NCBI GenBank assembly: GCA_026770705.1
Contig: JANJGN010000026.1
Coordinates: forward strand, 27,342,001 to 27,406,000
From: Isurus oxyrinchus
Taxonomy: Eukaryota
Direction: 5' to 3'
DNA: 64,000 bases
A program made the position numbers and the translations under genes. Below, in pieces: positions 25,010-36,795 of the stretch. The notes below the pieces were generated by a model. That model saw only the letters and a program-made list of their open reading frames with translations, was not told the DNA's origin and searched no databases. Positions within the stretch are counted from its first letter, which is position 1, and each line of letters starts with the position of its first letter.

Positions 25010-25018
25010 ACCAAGTGA
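25010..25018 (+). CDS. IGHM: IgM TM2 exon (TK*)
   Basis: CTTTTACAG|ACCAAGTGA; AATAAA at 25112. Confidence 0.85.
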   Translation, partial: TK

Positions 25019-26624
25019 TCGGTTGAAACTTGGACACCGTAGATTTTCCTTCGCTCTTTATTGAGATCTCTGTATTCCGAATTTAAAATATATCCTTTTG
25101 GTGGCTCTAAAAATAAAACACCTTCAGTTTATGTTTCCGAATTTGTAACTGAGACAATCATGGACGGTATTTCTGGTTTCCTGTTTGAAATGTTTGAGAT
25201 AACTATGGCTGTGTTGTAATTGTAGCTTATAATTTCCCTGTAGTTTGAATTCCCTGTGTAAATAAGTAACTTTTTTCATTCCTCATTCATAATTATGTTG
25301 AGCTCCTGTTTTCTCTTTCTGGTGTCTGTTACTGTTGTACATACAGTTGGCAGCTCAGATGGAATGTTTTCTGTTCTGAATGTGACGCTCATATTCATTC
25401 ATTTCAGTTAACTTTAAAATAACCTGTTCTGTAAAATGTTCTCTGAAATTGTTAATAAATCATTAATGTGAAATGAAATATGGTGTTGACGAAATCCTTT
25501 CTCCAAGGCCCATCGATACCACTCCACTTTTCCTATTACACGGTCTCTCCCACCCGCCACCCCCCCCCACCCCCCCCCACACCGCACCCCCCCCCCCCCC
25601 CCCCCCCCCCCCCCAACCCGCCCCTTCCCAGACAGGTATTTTTCAGCAATACTGTCTGGGATGTTTGAATTGAAGGCCTGTCAGTGAAAGAGTCACTTCA
25701 CCACCCAGCGGCTGATTGGTATTAATACAACTTTCCCTCTGCCTTATTATAGCAAACTCCAGAACGAGGGGAGCTTCGGTGATTTCAGTCATATTCTGGT
25801 ATGTCACAGTCATATGTCAGCTTATTGTAAACAGCAGGTCTCTGCATCATCAGAGGCCGATGCAGGACAGTACATGGAGAAAGAGAGCTTCCTTTACATT
25901 GTCCCATCAAACACTCCCAGGGTCTGTGCAGCATGGGTTAGATAGAGAATAAAAATTTTTTTCCCTTTATCCTTTCATGAGATGTGTATGTCGCTGGCAA
26001 GGCCGCCCCGAACAGCCCGGCTTCTGAGGCCATTTCAGAGGGCAGTGAAGTCACATTGCTATGTACCTGGAATCACATGTCGGCCAAGCCGGGTGAGGAT
26101 GGCAGATTCCCTTCATTAAAGGACAGTAGTGAAGCAGTTGGGTTTTTATGACAATCGGTGATAGTTGTCATGGTCACCATTACTGAGTCCAGTTTTCAAT
26201 TCCAGATTTTGTGAATTGAATTCACATTCCAGCAGCTGCCATGTTGAGATTTGAACACAAGCCCCCAGAGCATTCGCCTGGACTCTCTCTACTTTGTCCA
26301 ATTAAACACTCACAAGGCAGAGACGACACATTCCACTTTCTCAAGGCAATTAGGGATGGGCAAGAACTGCTGGCCCAGACAGCCACACCCACATCGTATA
26401 AATTAATAACAAGAAATACATATATACTGTACACGGAACAATTGGTACAAACCCAGGGATGATTCCTAGAGACTGGGGCCGATCTGACACAGACACATTT
26501 TCAAGCAGTAAACCTGTAAGATATTACCACAGTTTGGGGTTTAATAGGAACACCAGGGAGCACAATCGTGGAAATTCCCAGGCCCTGAGGCCTGCCTGAT
26601 GCAACAAACAACTGAACTCACAAA

Positions 26625-26975
26625 ACATCACCCCAGGGATCCTCTCCCCCTGCTCCACTCCCTCTGACACCATCCTCCTGAACTCACTGAACATCACCAC
26701 AGGGATCCTCTCTCCCTGCTCCATTCCCTTCTGATACCATCCTCCTGAACCCACTGACCATCACCACAGGGATCCTCTCTCCCTGTTCCATTCCCTTCTG
26801 ATACCATCCTCCTGAACCCACTGACCATTACCACAGGGATCCTCTCTCCCTGCTCCATTCCCTTCTGATACCATCCTCCTGAACTCACTGATCATCACCC
26901 CAAGAATCTTCTCTACCTGCTCCATTCCCTCTGATACCATCCTCCTGAACTCACTGAACACTACCCCAGGGATTT
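26625..26975. repeat. 67-bp tandem repeat, ~5 copies
   Basis: CATCACCACAGGGATCCTCTCTCCCTGCTCCATTCCCTTCTGATACCATCCTCCTGAACCCACTGAC; starts at 26692, 26759, 26826. Confidence 0.9.
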
Positions 26976-27827
26976 CGCTCTATCTCCTCAGAGACCCCTT
27001 CATACCCAACCTCCCCCAACCACCCCCCTCCACCACTCCCCCCCCCCCCCCCCCCCCTAACACCCACCGGCACGGGAATGTCAACAGAGATTTCTAGTCA
27101 GACCATAATATCTTCCAACATTTTCCTTCTGATACAGAGCCGTTTTTCCTTTAAAATCCTGGAGTTCAGGCGCTTGTTGCTGAACATTGTAAGATTAAGG
27201 GAGGGAAAAATTGCTGACGCACCTGAAGGGCTCGGAATGATATTTAAGAAAGGGTGGAGTTAGTGTTAAACCTGTTTCTCTGTCCCAGTCTCTCTCCCAG
27301 TCTCTACCACTCGACTGTTCAAGACATCTCTCCCCTCAATGCTGCATTTATATTTAACCACCACCGCTGTGCTTCCCAGTTTCTCGGTCATTTTCCCAGT
27401 CTTGGAGAGCCTCAGTGGGCGCATGGCCCCTTTAGGATGCCAAGGACTCACCCTCTCATGGTCACAGTCCTGAGTCAGGATCACAGGCGGCACAAACTTC
27501 ACTGCTCAGCGGAGATTGGAGATAGCCCATGATCTCCCGCTCCTGAATCAATGCGGGTAATAACCAATCACGGTCCAAAGCATTGTGGCGTCATCCACTG
27601 CAGGGCCAATCGGCGTCAGCCATGTTTGTGTGACGTCGCGCCTTGCTCATGTTTGCGTTTAACTGAAAAGCAAAATGACGTCAGTTCTTTTCAGAACAAT
27701 CAGTCAACCTGATCGCTCATTGGACCATGAAATGCAATGATTCTGCGAGTCCACTACTTAATCTTCTGTTCCATAGCAGCGTCAGTTAATGACGCTGATT
27801 ATAAATGTAGCATCATGTGCGATGCAG

Positions 27828-28753
27828 TGTTGTGACAGAGTAACGTTTCCTTTAATCCTCAGTTGAGCTGTCCTAGCAGATGATGTAGGCCAGGCGGACC
27901 AAATCCACAAAGGAAACGTGGCCACGCTATCACAACGGTTTTACAATTTGTATTCATTACGAGAAGATTTGTGCACTGATTTCAGAAGTAATGAGTCCAC
28001 TAACACCTTTAGAGATTTTAAAGCTAAGTTAAAACATTTATTGACAAAAGGAATGATTTCACGCACATGCATAAGATTACAGTTACTTAATATAATAACA
28101 AATCCCAAAATCCCTAACTAACCTCACTCACAACTATACACCCTCTTTAGGGAAGCAGTCCAAAATAGCTTTAAAATTTAAATAGCAAGCAAGCAAATTT
28201 ACCACAGCACCTACTCGACAGTGGAATTCCAAAGGCTATCCTCCACCTTTGGTTACTGGACACAGCAGGCGTCTGCTAAAGCGGCTGGAGGCTTCCCCAA
28301 GGTTGTTTTGCACAGTCCTATTAGATCTTACATGGTCCCCCAACAGAGCCTTCCATTCCTCTTCATATCTGTTTCTCTCTCTTTAATCTGTAAATTCCAT
28401 TGTTCTTTGTGTCTTTGGAAATTTACTTTTCCCATGATACAAAATTTTTTCATGTTGCTAACATGGTCAGTACCTTTGGGAAAATAAACACACTACTTGG
28501 CCTTTCTTACCTTCCTTCACTTATCTAAAAATGCGAATTTCCTTCAGAATATACGTGCGAAGACATCATCCATGTTTGCTCAATAGCATTTAAAATACCT
28601 TTTGCCCCTAATTTATTTTGATAATTTGAAGCTTGCAGTCTATCTGGCCCTAATTCAATTAAATCACACAGACAGAACCATACACTCACCACCATAAACC
28701 TACTTTACAATAACCACAATAACATAATGAAAAGATCTGTTGGCTTCACGACA
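27828..28753. mobile_element. Possible solo LTR
   Basis: TGTTGTGA...TCACGACA imperfect inverted TG..CA termini; no clean target-site duplication. Confidence 0.35.
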
Positions 28754-28901
28754 CAGCTCTGACCTGTGACACTGCTGAACTGTCTGCTCTGTAAAGTTTG
28801 GTCAAATGTGGAGCCCTTGACCAACTCCAGGTGGAATTCTGTCTGTGAAATATCGAGCCTAAATGACAATATTCGCGAATATCTCTGGATTGCCATTATG
28901 G

Positions 28902-31740
28902 CCATAAGACCATAAGACATAGGAGCAGAAATGAGGCCATTCGGCCCATCCAGTCTGCTCTGGCTTTCAATCATGGCTGATAAGTTTCTCAACTCCATTC
29001 TCCAGCCTTCTCCCCATAACCTTTGATCTCCTTACCAATCAAGAACCTATCTATCTCGGTCTTAAATACACTCAATGACCTGGCCTCCACAGCCTTCTGT
29101 GGCAGTGAATTCAATAGATTCACCACTCTCTGGCTAAAGAAGTTTCCCCTCATCTCTGTTCTAAAATGTCTTCCCTTTACTCTGAGGCTGTGCCCTCGGG
29201 TCCTTTGCTCTCCTACTAATGGAAACATCTTCCCCACGTCCACTCTATCTAGGCCTTTCAGTATTCTGTAAGTTTCAATCAGTTCCCCCCTCATCCTTCT
29301 AAACTCCATCGAGTACAGACCCAGAGTCCTCAAACGTTCCTCATATGTTAAGCCTTTCATTCCTGGGATCGTTCTCGTGAATCTCCTCTGGGCCCTTTCC
29401 AGGGTCAGCATATCCTTCCTGAGATACGGGGCCAAAACTTGCTCACAATATTCTAAATGTGGTCTGACCAGAGCCTTATAAAGCCTCAGCAGCACATCCC
29501 TGCTTTTATATTCTAGTCCTCTCGAAATAAATGCCAACATTGTATTTGCCTTCCTAACTACCGACTCAACCTGCAAGTTAACTTTAAGAGAATCCTGGAG
29601 GAGGACGCCCTAGTCCCTTTGCACTCCAGATTTCTGAATTCTCTCCCCATTTAGAAACTAGTCTATGCCTCTATTCCTCCTACCAAAGTGCATGACCTCA
29701 GACTTCCCCACATTGTATTCCATCTGCCACTTCTTTGCCCATTCTCCTAACCTGTTCCAATCCTTCTGCAGCCTCCCCACCTCCTCAATACTACCTGTCC
29801 CTCCACCTATCTTTGTATCATCTGCAAACTTAGCCAGGATGCCCTCAGTTCCTTCATCTAGATCATTAATGTATAAAGTGAAAAGTTGTGGTCCCAACAC
29901 TGACCCTTGTGCTACTCCACTAGTCACCGGCCACCATCCTGAGAAGGACCCCCTTATCCCCACTCTCTGCTCCTGCCAGATAGCCAATCTTCTATCCATG
30001 CTAGTACCTTGCCTCTGACACTGTGGGCTCTTATCTTACTGAGCAGCCTCCTGTGCGGCACCTTGTCAAAGGCCTTCTGAAAGTCCAAGTAGATAACATC
30101 CATTTGCTCTCCTTTGTCTAACCTACTCGTTACCTCCTCAAAGAATTCTAACAGATTTGTCAGGCATGACCTGCCCTGGATGAAACCATGCTGACTTTGC
30201 CCTTTTTTATCATGCACTTCCAAGTATTCTGAAATCTCATCCTTAATAATGGACTCTAAAATCTTACCGATGACCAAGGTCAGGCTAATCCGCCTGTAAT
30301 TTCCCGTCTTTTACCTCACTCCCTTCTTAAATAAGAGGGTTACATTAGCGATTTTCCAGTTCTCTGGAACCCTCCCTGACTCCAGTGATCCCTGAAAGAT
30401 CACAACTAACGCCTCCACTATCTCTTCAGCTATCTCCTTCAGAACTCTGGGGTGTAATCCATCTGGCCCAGGTGATTTACCCACCTTCAGACCTTTTAGT
30501 TTTCCTAGTACCTTCTTCTTGGTAATGGCCACCATACTCACTCTGCCCCCCGACTCTCTTGAACTTTGGGTATGTTACTCGTGTCTTCCACTGTGAAGAT
30601 TGACGCAAAGTACCTATTCAGTTCCTCCGCCATTTCTTTGGTCCCCACTACTCCTTCTCCAGCGTCATTTTCCAGTGGCCCAATGTCCACTTTTGCCCCT
30701 CTCTTACCCTTTATATTTCTAACAAAAACTCTTACAATCTTCTTTTATATTACTGGCTAGTTTACCCTCATATTTAATCTTCTCCCTTCTTATTTCTTTA
30801 TTAGTTGTCCTCTGTTGGTCTTTGTAGGATTCCCAATCCCCTGGCTTCCCACTGCTCTTTGCCGCATTGTATGCTTCTCTTTAGCTTTTATGCTGTCCCT
30901 GACTTTCCTTGTCAGCCATGGTTACCTCGTCCTCCCTTTAGTATGCTTCTTCTTGCTATGGATGAATTTTTGCTGTGTCTCCCAAATTACCCCAGAAACT
31001 CCTGCTGTTCCACTGTCTTTCCTGCTAGGCTCATCTCCCAGTCAATTCTGGCCACCTCCTCCCTCATGCCTCTGTAGTTGCCTTTATTCAACTGTAATAC
31101 CGTTACGTCTGATTCCAGCTTTTCCCTCTCAAATTGCAGGGTAAATTCTATCATTTTATGGTCACTTCCTCCTAAGGGTTCCTTCACCTTAAGCTCCCTT
31201 ATCAAACTTGCCTCATTACACATCATTTACTCTAGAATTGCCTGTTCCCTAGTGGGCTCCACCACAAGCTGCTCCAAAAAGCCATCTCGTAGACATTCCA
31301 CAAATTCCTTTTCTTGGGATCCACTACCAACCTGATTTTCCCAGTCTACCTGCATATTGAAATCCCCCATGATCACTGTAACCTTGCCTTTCTTACACGC
31401 CTCTTCTATCTCCTGGTGTATCTTGTGCCCCACATCCTGACTACTGTCCGGAGGCCTGTACATAACTCCCATTATGTTTTTTTTTACCTTTGCGTTCCTC
31501 AACTCTACCCACGCAGATTCTACATCATCTGACCCTACGTCATTTCTTGCTATCGATTTAATTTCATTTCTTACTAACAAAGCAACCCCACCCCCTCTGA
31601 CAACCTGCCTATCTTTTCAATAGGATGTATACCCTCGGATATTTAGCTCGCACTCCTGATCCCCTTCCAGCCATGTCTCCGTGATGCCCACCACATCATA
31701 CCTGCCAATTTCAAACTGCACCACAAGCTCATTTACCTAT
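28902..31740 (-). mobile_element. CR1 LINE, ~2.8 kb, endonuclease through 3' tail, relatively young
   Basis: GDFN, KSPGPDGLHPRVLKE, YLDFQKAFDKVPH, GSVLGP, KFADDTK, LVRPHLEYC motifs; (CCATAAGA)n terminal microsatellite. Confidence 0.95.
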
Positions 31741-32442
31741 GATTAATATGTTTTTATTGTGTGGATTGCATTATTATTGTAACTGTTTCCCTTGTTGTAC
31801 CGTTTCTTTATATTGATTCTGAAATTATTTTAATACCAGTTATCTTGATCCCAGTTGTGTAACTTCCTCAAATTAAATGGAACTTCACAATGGTGCAATG
31901 GTGTGCTCCCGTTCTCTTAATATATTCAGAGAATGAATTTCTATTCACAGCTTTGAATCCTATATTTCTCGTGAACTGCATGTATGTGCGCAGTTGCACA
32001 ATTTTTATTCTTATTGTGTTTGAAATTAATATTTAAACGCCTGTTTGTTTGAGAACATACTGGACAACAGATGGCTGACAAAGTTTGGGGAATATTTTCG
32101 TCAGATCAAAGCACACAATCCAGAACTGTGACGGCAATGGAAGTAGGAAGGGAGGAGGGTGAGGAAGAGACTTTTGTCATTGCAGGATGATGTCAAACCA
32201 CCAAGTTTTCAGTTAATATCGGAACATACTCACCACTTATGCCACAAAGACGAGGTACAGCAATGGAATCAAGGGCTATAGGGATCGGCTGAGAAATTGG
32301 TGTTGAGGCCCAGGATCCTCCATGATCTTATGAAGTAGCTGAGCAAGCTCGAGGGGCCTTTTTGGCAGACTCCTGTTCTGATTTCTTATGTTCTCATTCA
32401 GTGCCGATACCAGTCACGACGATGAGTGGGTGCAATTGCCAT

Positions 32443-32524
32443 GGTAGTGTAGCCAAGTGGTCTAAGCCACTGGGCTTAAATTCCCATCTCTAACAGGATG
32501 TGGTTTCGAATCCCTCTACTACCA
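32443..32524 (+). pseudogene. tRNA-Leu pseudogene
   Basis: GGTAGTGTAGCCAAGTGGTCTAAG...TTCGAATCCCTCTACTACCA, 82 nt, colinear with vertebrate tRNA-Leu but stems disrupted. Confidence 0.75.
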
Positions 32525-34443
32525 GAGGATTATGTTGGGGTACTTTGTGCAAATCACTTCTGGCAGATTGGGGGCTGCTAAAATTTATAGCAGGAAAGTG
32601 AGCCTTGTTTCCGCTTGGTCGGAATCCAGAGGAGAGAAAATGTGAATATAAATTACAGGGCTGCTGGGAAAAGGCCGGCATTGTGAGTACAAGTTGAGTT
32701 GCTCTTCCATAAGAGCCAACAGGAACTTGATGGGCCTAATGATCTCCCCCTCTTCCGTAATCATTCTGTGATTTTATATGACCCCTATTTCTGCAGGCGA
32801 AAGCGGAGTAATTAAGGTGATGGATTTTCCCCACCCAGGGTCCCATCCTGCCGACTACACTTCTCCTCATTTCTGATTTGAACCATGTGTCCACAGATGC
32901 CGGACTAATTATCTGTTCAATGGAATAAAAAACACAGCCAAACACTTCGGTTTTTTCCTCTTGCCGTTCATCCACAAGCATTTACGGAATTTGCTGTCTG
33001 ATTTGTGAAAACAAAACTTATCCAATTTGTGATATTTTTGTTTTCTGAGTGTTTGCCTATCCTTGGGTCTCTGTCAGTCTCGGTCTTATATGTATGTGTG
33101 TGTTCCTGTGTGTGTGTGTCAACGCGCTTCAGTTCTCCACTTTTACCAATCAAAACTTTATTTATATTAGTTGGATAGCTTCATATTAAGTTCGGACAAA
33201 CAAAAAAGAGCAGCTTTAAAACATGCAAGAGGGGAATTCCGGCTCTATTTGTTTTTGAATGGAGACTGCTCAGCGCCTAAGTACCCGTATGTTACAAAGT
33301 GAGGGATGGTTGACATTTACATTGAGCAACATTAAAACAGACAGAAACCAAGTCCTTGTGGTCGAAGAGTTAAGGCAATGGACACACGGAGAGAATGAAT
33401 TTGTAAATACAAGTAATCCAAACTGAAATCCCTCAGACCTTAGGAACTGTTTCTCCTGCGGTCATACCTCAAAACGAACAGAAAAATTAAAGTTCAATCC
33501 CAAATGTTATAATGACCTGGAAAGGCTGAACAGTCTGAAGCTCTTTACCCTAGAAAAGGGAAGCCTGAGCGTTGATCTTATAGAAATGGAATGTTTTGTC
33601 CCTGTTTTGTCAAGGATTCTACCTGCTGAATTTGATCAAACAAATAATGAAAAGTTTAGAAACATAGAATGAAATGTTTACATTGAGGTGTCGTTCTTAA
33701 GATTACATTTTGTCATTTGCTGGATCAGCATTTTTATCGAACTGTCTCTCTGTGTCATTAAATTACAACACTGACTACACTTCAAAAGCACTCCATCGGC
33801 TGTACAGCACTTTCTGTTGCCCTGAGTTCGTGAAAGGCTCTGTTTAAATGTAAGTCTTTTATTCTCTTCTTATTTTCCATCTTTCAATCTAAGCTATCAA
33901 TGGTGAAGTGTATCTGTTCCTTTCAGTGTCGAGCCAACTCTCTGTCTCTATCTGTCTCTCTTTGTCTCCATATATCTGCTTTCGCCCTCACAGTCTCTCT
34001 GTCTCAGTCTCCTTTACCTCTTTGCAAAGTGTGAAATTCTGAGACAGTTTGAGAGTGTTCATGGTGAGAGTCTGTTTTCCCCGTGGCTGGAGCGCCGAGA
34101 ACTGGGCTCACATTCTGCGGATAATGTGTCAGCCATTCAGGGCTGAGATGAGGAGACATTTCTTCATTCAAAGGGTTGTGAATCTTTGGAGTACTGTAGC
34201 CCAGACATCTGCAGATCATCAGTCGGTGAGTACATTGAAGGTTAAGATGGATAGATTTTTCAATGCTGAAGAAATGAAGGGGCAGCGCGATGGGATAGAA
34301 AATTGGTGTTGAGGCTCGGGCTCTACCCACGATCTAAGCAAGTGGCAGAGCAGGTTCGAGGCGCCTGAAGGCCGCTTTCTGCTCTTTTCCTTACTGTCTA
34401 TATTTCAATGGAAATACCAGGTGAGGTAAAACGCGTCCATTAT

Positions 34444-34525
34444 TTTATCGTGGCCGAGCTGTCTAAAATGCTGTGTTTTCAACTACCCTTTCGTTGGGGG
34501 CGTGGCCTCGAATCCCACAGTTTCA
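34444..34525 (+). pseudogene. tRNA-Leu pseudogene, highly decayed
   Basis: CGTGGCCGAGCTGTCTAA...GGCGTGGCCTCGAATCCCAC. Confidence 0.6.
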
Positions 34526-34780
34526 ATGGACTAGTATCCGTGCCGTGTCACTAAATCTATAGACGGGTAAGCTTCAGTTGAAGTGAAGTGTGCGGTGTTT
34601 TATTTTGATGGAAAGAACATGGAGAGACAATACAAATATGAATTTCTGTGGGGGAAAAGGAGCCTGTGTGTAACCAGCTGATTGGCTCGTCCAGAGAGCT
34701 GGCGCGAACATGCCCGGGCGAATATCTTCCTGCTCTGCTGTAGTCACCTATCATTTTATATGAACAGTGCCAGCATGCGC

Positions 34781-34862
34781 GTAGTCGTGGCCGAGTGGTT
34801 AAGGCGATAGATTCCAAGTCCATTGGTACTTTCCCACGTAGGTTCGAATCCTGCCGACTACG
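34781..34862 (+). tRNA. tRNA with Ser-type body and CCA at the anticodon position (likely pseudogene)
   Basis: GTAGTCGTGGCCGAGTGGTTAAGGCG...GGTTCGAATCCTGCCGACTACG, 82 nt, intact A/B boxes and acceptor stem; loop TTCCAAG. Confidence 0.8.
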
Positions 34863-35576
34863 TTGCCTCATTATTCCCGATTTCAACCAGAATAAATTAC
34901 TGGTGTTGGAGAAAATAAACTCTCCTGCGTTTTCCTATTTCCGTTCATCTGCCACATCTCAAAGAATGTGGACAACTCAGAAGGTTTTGGGGTTCTGGGA
35001 AACTAAAGAGAAAGAGAGCAGCAAAGACATGGAGGGATTTGAAAACAAGCAGGAGAATTTTAAACGAAAGATAGCACTTGGTCAGGAGCCAATGTAGGTG
35101 AGAAAGTACAGGGGTGATAGGGAAATGGGACTTGCTGCGAGTTCAGACACGGGCAGCAGAGTTTGGAATGACTTCAAGTTTACAGAGGGTAGAATGTCCA
35201 CTCACATTCCAGAACTCACATGCTGGTGGATCAGCGCTGCCGTGTTTCCAAGATCAATACTGATCCTTTATCAACTGCCATTCTCTGAACTATACACAGT
35301 GCTGCAGTAACAGCAGCCCCATTCTCACCCACATCGTGTCTTGTACCAACATCGTTGTAACCAGCGCTTTGCAACTGATCACAGCCTTTGTCTTTTATTC
35401 TCTTACCTTCCAGTCCGACATTGACATTTGTTCTTGACTTGTTGCACATGTGACATTTTCATTTCTGATGCGGAGCTTCAGTTCCAACTCCACTGATTCG
35501 GGCAGAGCTATAACGCATTTTCTGTTTTCAATCAGGAGCTTAATAAAGTCGTTTTAACAAGATGATTAAGCGGCTA

Positions 35577-35648
35577 GCTTCTGACCGGGATGCAAACACA
35601 GGCCACAACGGTGAGATCGCCGAATCCTAACCACTGGACTACCAAGGA
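35577..35648 (-). pseudogene. tRNA-Glu(CTC) pseudogene
   Basis: Reverse complement TCCTTGGTAGTCCAGTGGTTAGGATTCGGCGATCTCACCG...CCCGGTCAG; B-box decayed. Confidence 0.75.
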
Positions 35649-36749
35649 AGCTGTTTGCTGCGCTTGCATCTCGGGATATCCACGCGGCTTTTGCCATTTT
35701 CTTCATTCTGGACCATTTTCACGAGGGCGAAGTTTCTCCGACAAAATGTCATGTCGAGATAGAACACTGATTATTTCTTCAGCCATTGAAAACCAACGTT
35801 GCTATTAGCCGGAACATGAAATCGACAGTTTGGTGAAATAGTACCAAAGCTGTGAAATGCAAAATTCAATTTCCAAAACCCACCAACCTAATCACTGCGG
35901 CTCCTGTGAAACTGACAATGCAACTGATAGACATCAGTGTCACATTTTTTAACTTATATTCTCCATCTCAGACATTTCCAGTTCAAAACGATACAAAAGG
36001 AATCTTTCCAATCTGCTTTTTCTCTCTGAACCTTTTTAACATGAAGCTATAAAACTGAAGTGAATATAGTTGTAAAGCGTAAAGTGAATGCGATGGTAAA
36101 AATTCGTTCACCTGCTTGTGGAACTGAGCCGCATTGATACATTCCGGATCCTAACCAGTCGCTGTGCAACATACATCTGTACACTTTGTTTCCTGTTGCC
36201 TCTCTTCTCCGACCAAAATGAATCACTTCACACTTCCTTAAATTTCAGATGCTACTTGTCCGTCCAAATGCATTTGTTTAAGAGCCCGAAAGGGGAACCG
36301 ACACAAACTGGAAATGGACGCGTGAGAATGAAAGAAGAGAAGTGACTGGTTTTGTACATTCCGCGGGAAAGAGACGCCATGATCAAAATAAATCAAAATA
36401 CTGCGGATGCTGCAAATCTGAAACAAAAACAGAAAATGCTGGAAAAACTCAGCCGATCTGGCAGCAGCTGTGGAGAAAGAAACAGAATTAACGTTTCGAG
36501 TCCGTATGAAGAAGAGTCATTGGGACTGATTGGAATGCTCTTTGCAAAAAGCTGCCATGGACACGATGGGCCGAATTGTCTCCTCATGTGCTGTACCATT
36601 TTATGGCGACATTACTAAATCAGTCTGTCTCCAACATTCCTAATGATAGCAGCTGAATTCCATTTCTTCAAAACAAAACCCAAAGTGCTGCTGCGAGGCC
36701 GCACAGGTTACCGTTTCAGCCAAGCCCATTGAGGATTCGGCAGTGCAGT

Positions 36750-36795
36750 GACCCTAATACGCAAATAATCTCCCGGTTCGAAACCCGGGAAATCC
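36750..36795 (+). pseudogene. tRNA (Val-like) 3' remnant
   Basis: CTAATACGCAAA...CCCGGTTCGAAACCCGG B-box/T-arm. Confidence 0.4.

Noticed and set aside
7937-25018. IgW, IgNAR or IgM1gj identity
   Set aside because: Four C exons with mu-type sequence and tailpiece, a conventional VH FR2 and J WGQG, and unjoined V/D/J with Cmu2 present fit ordinary IgM architecture.
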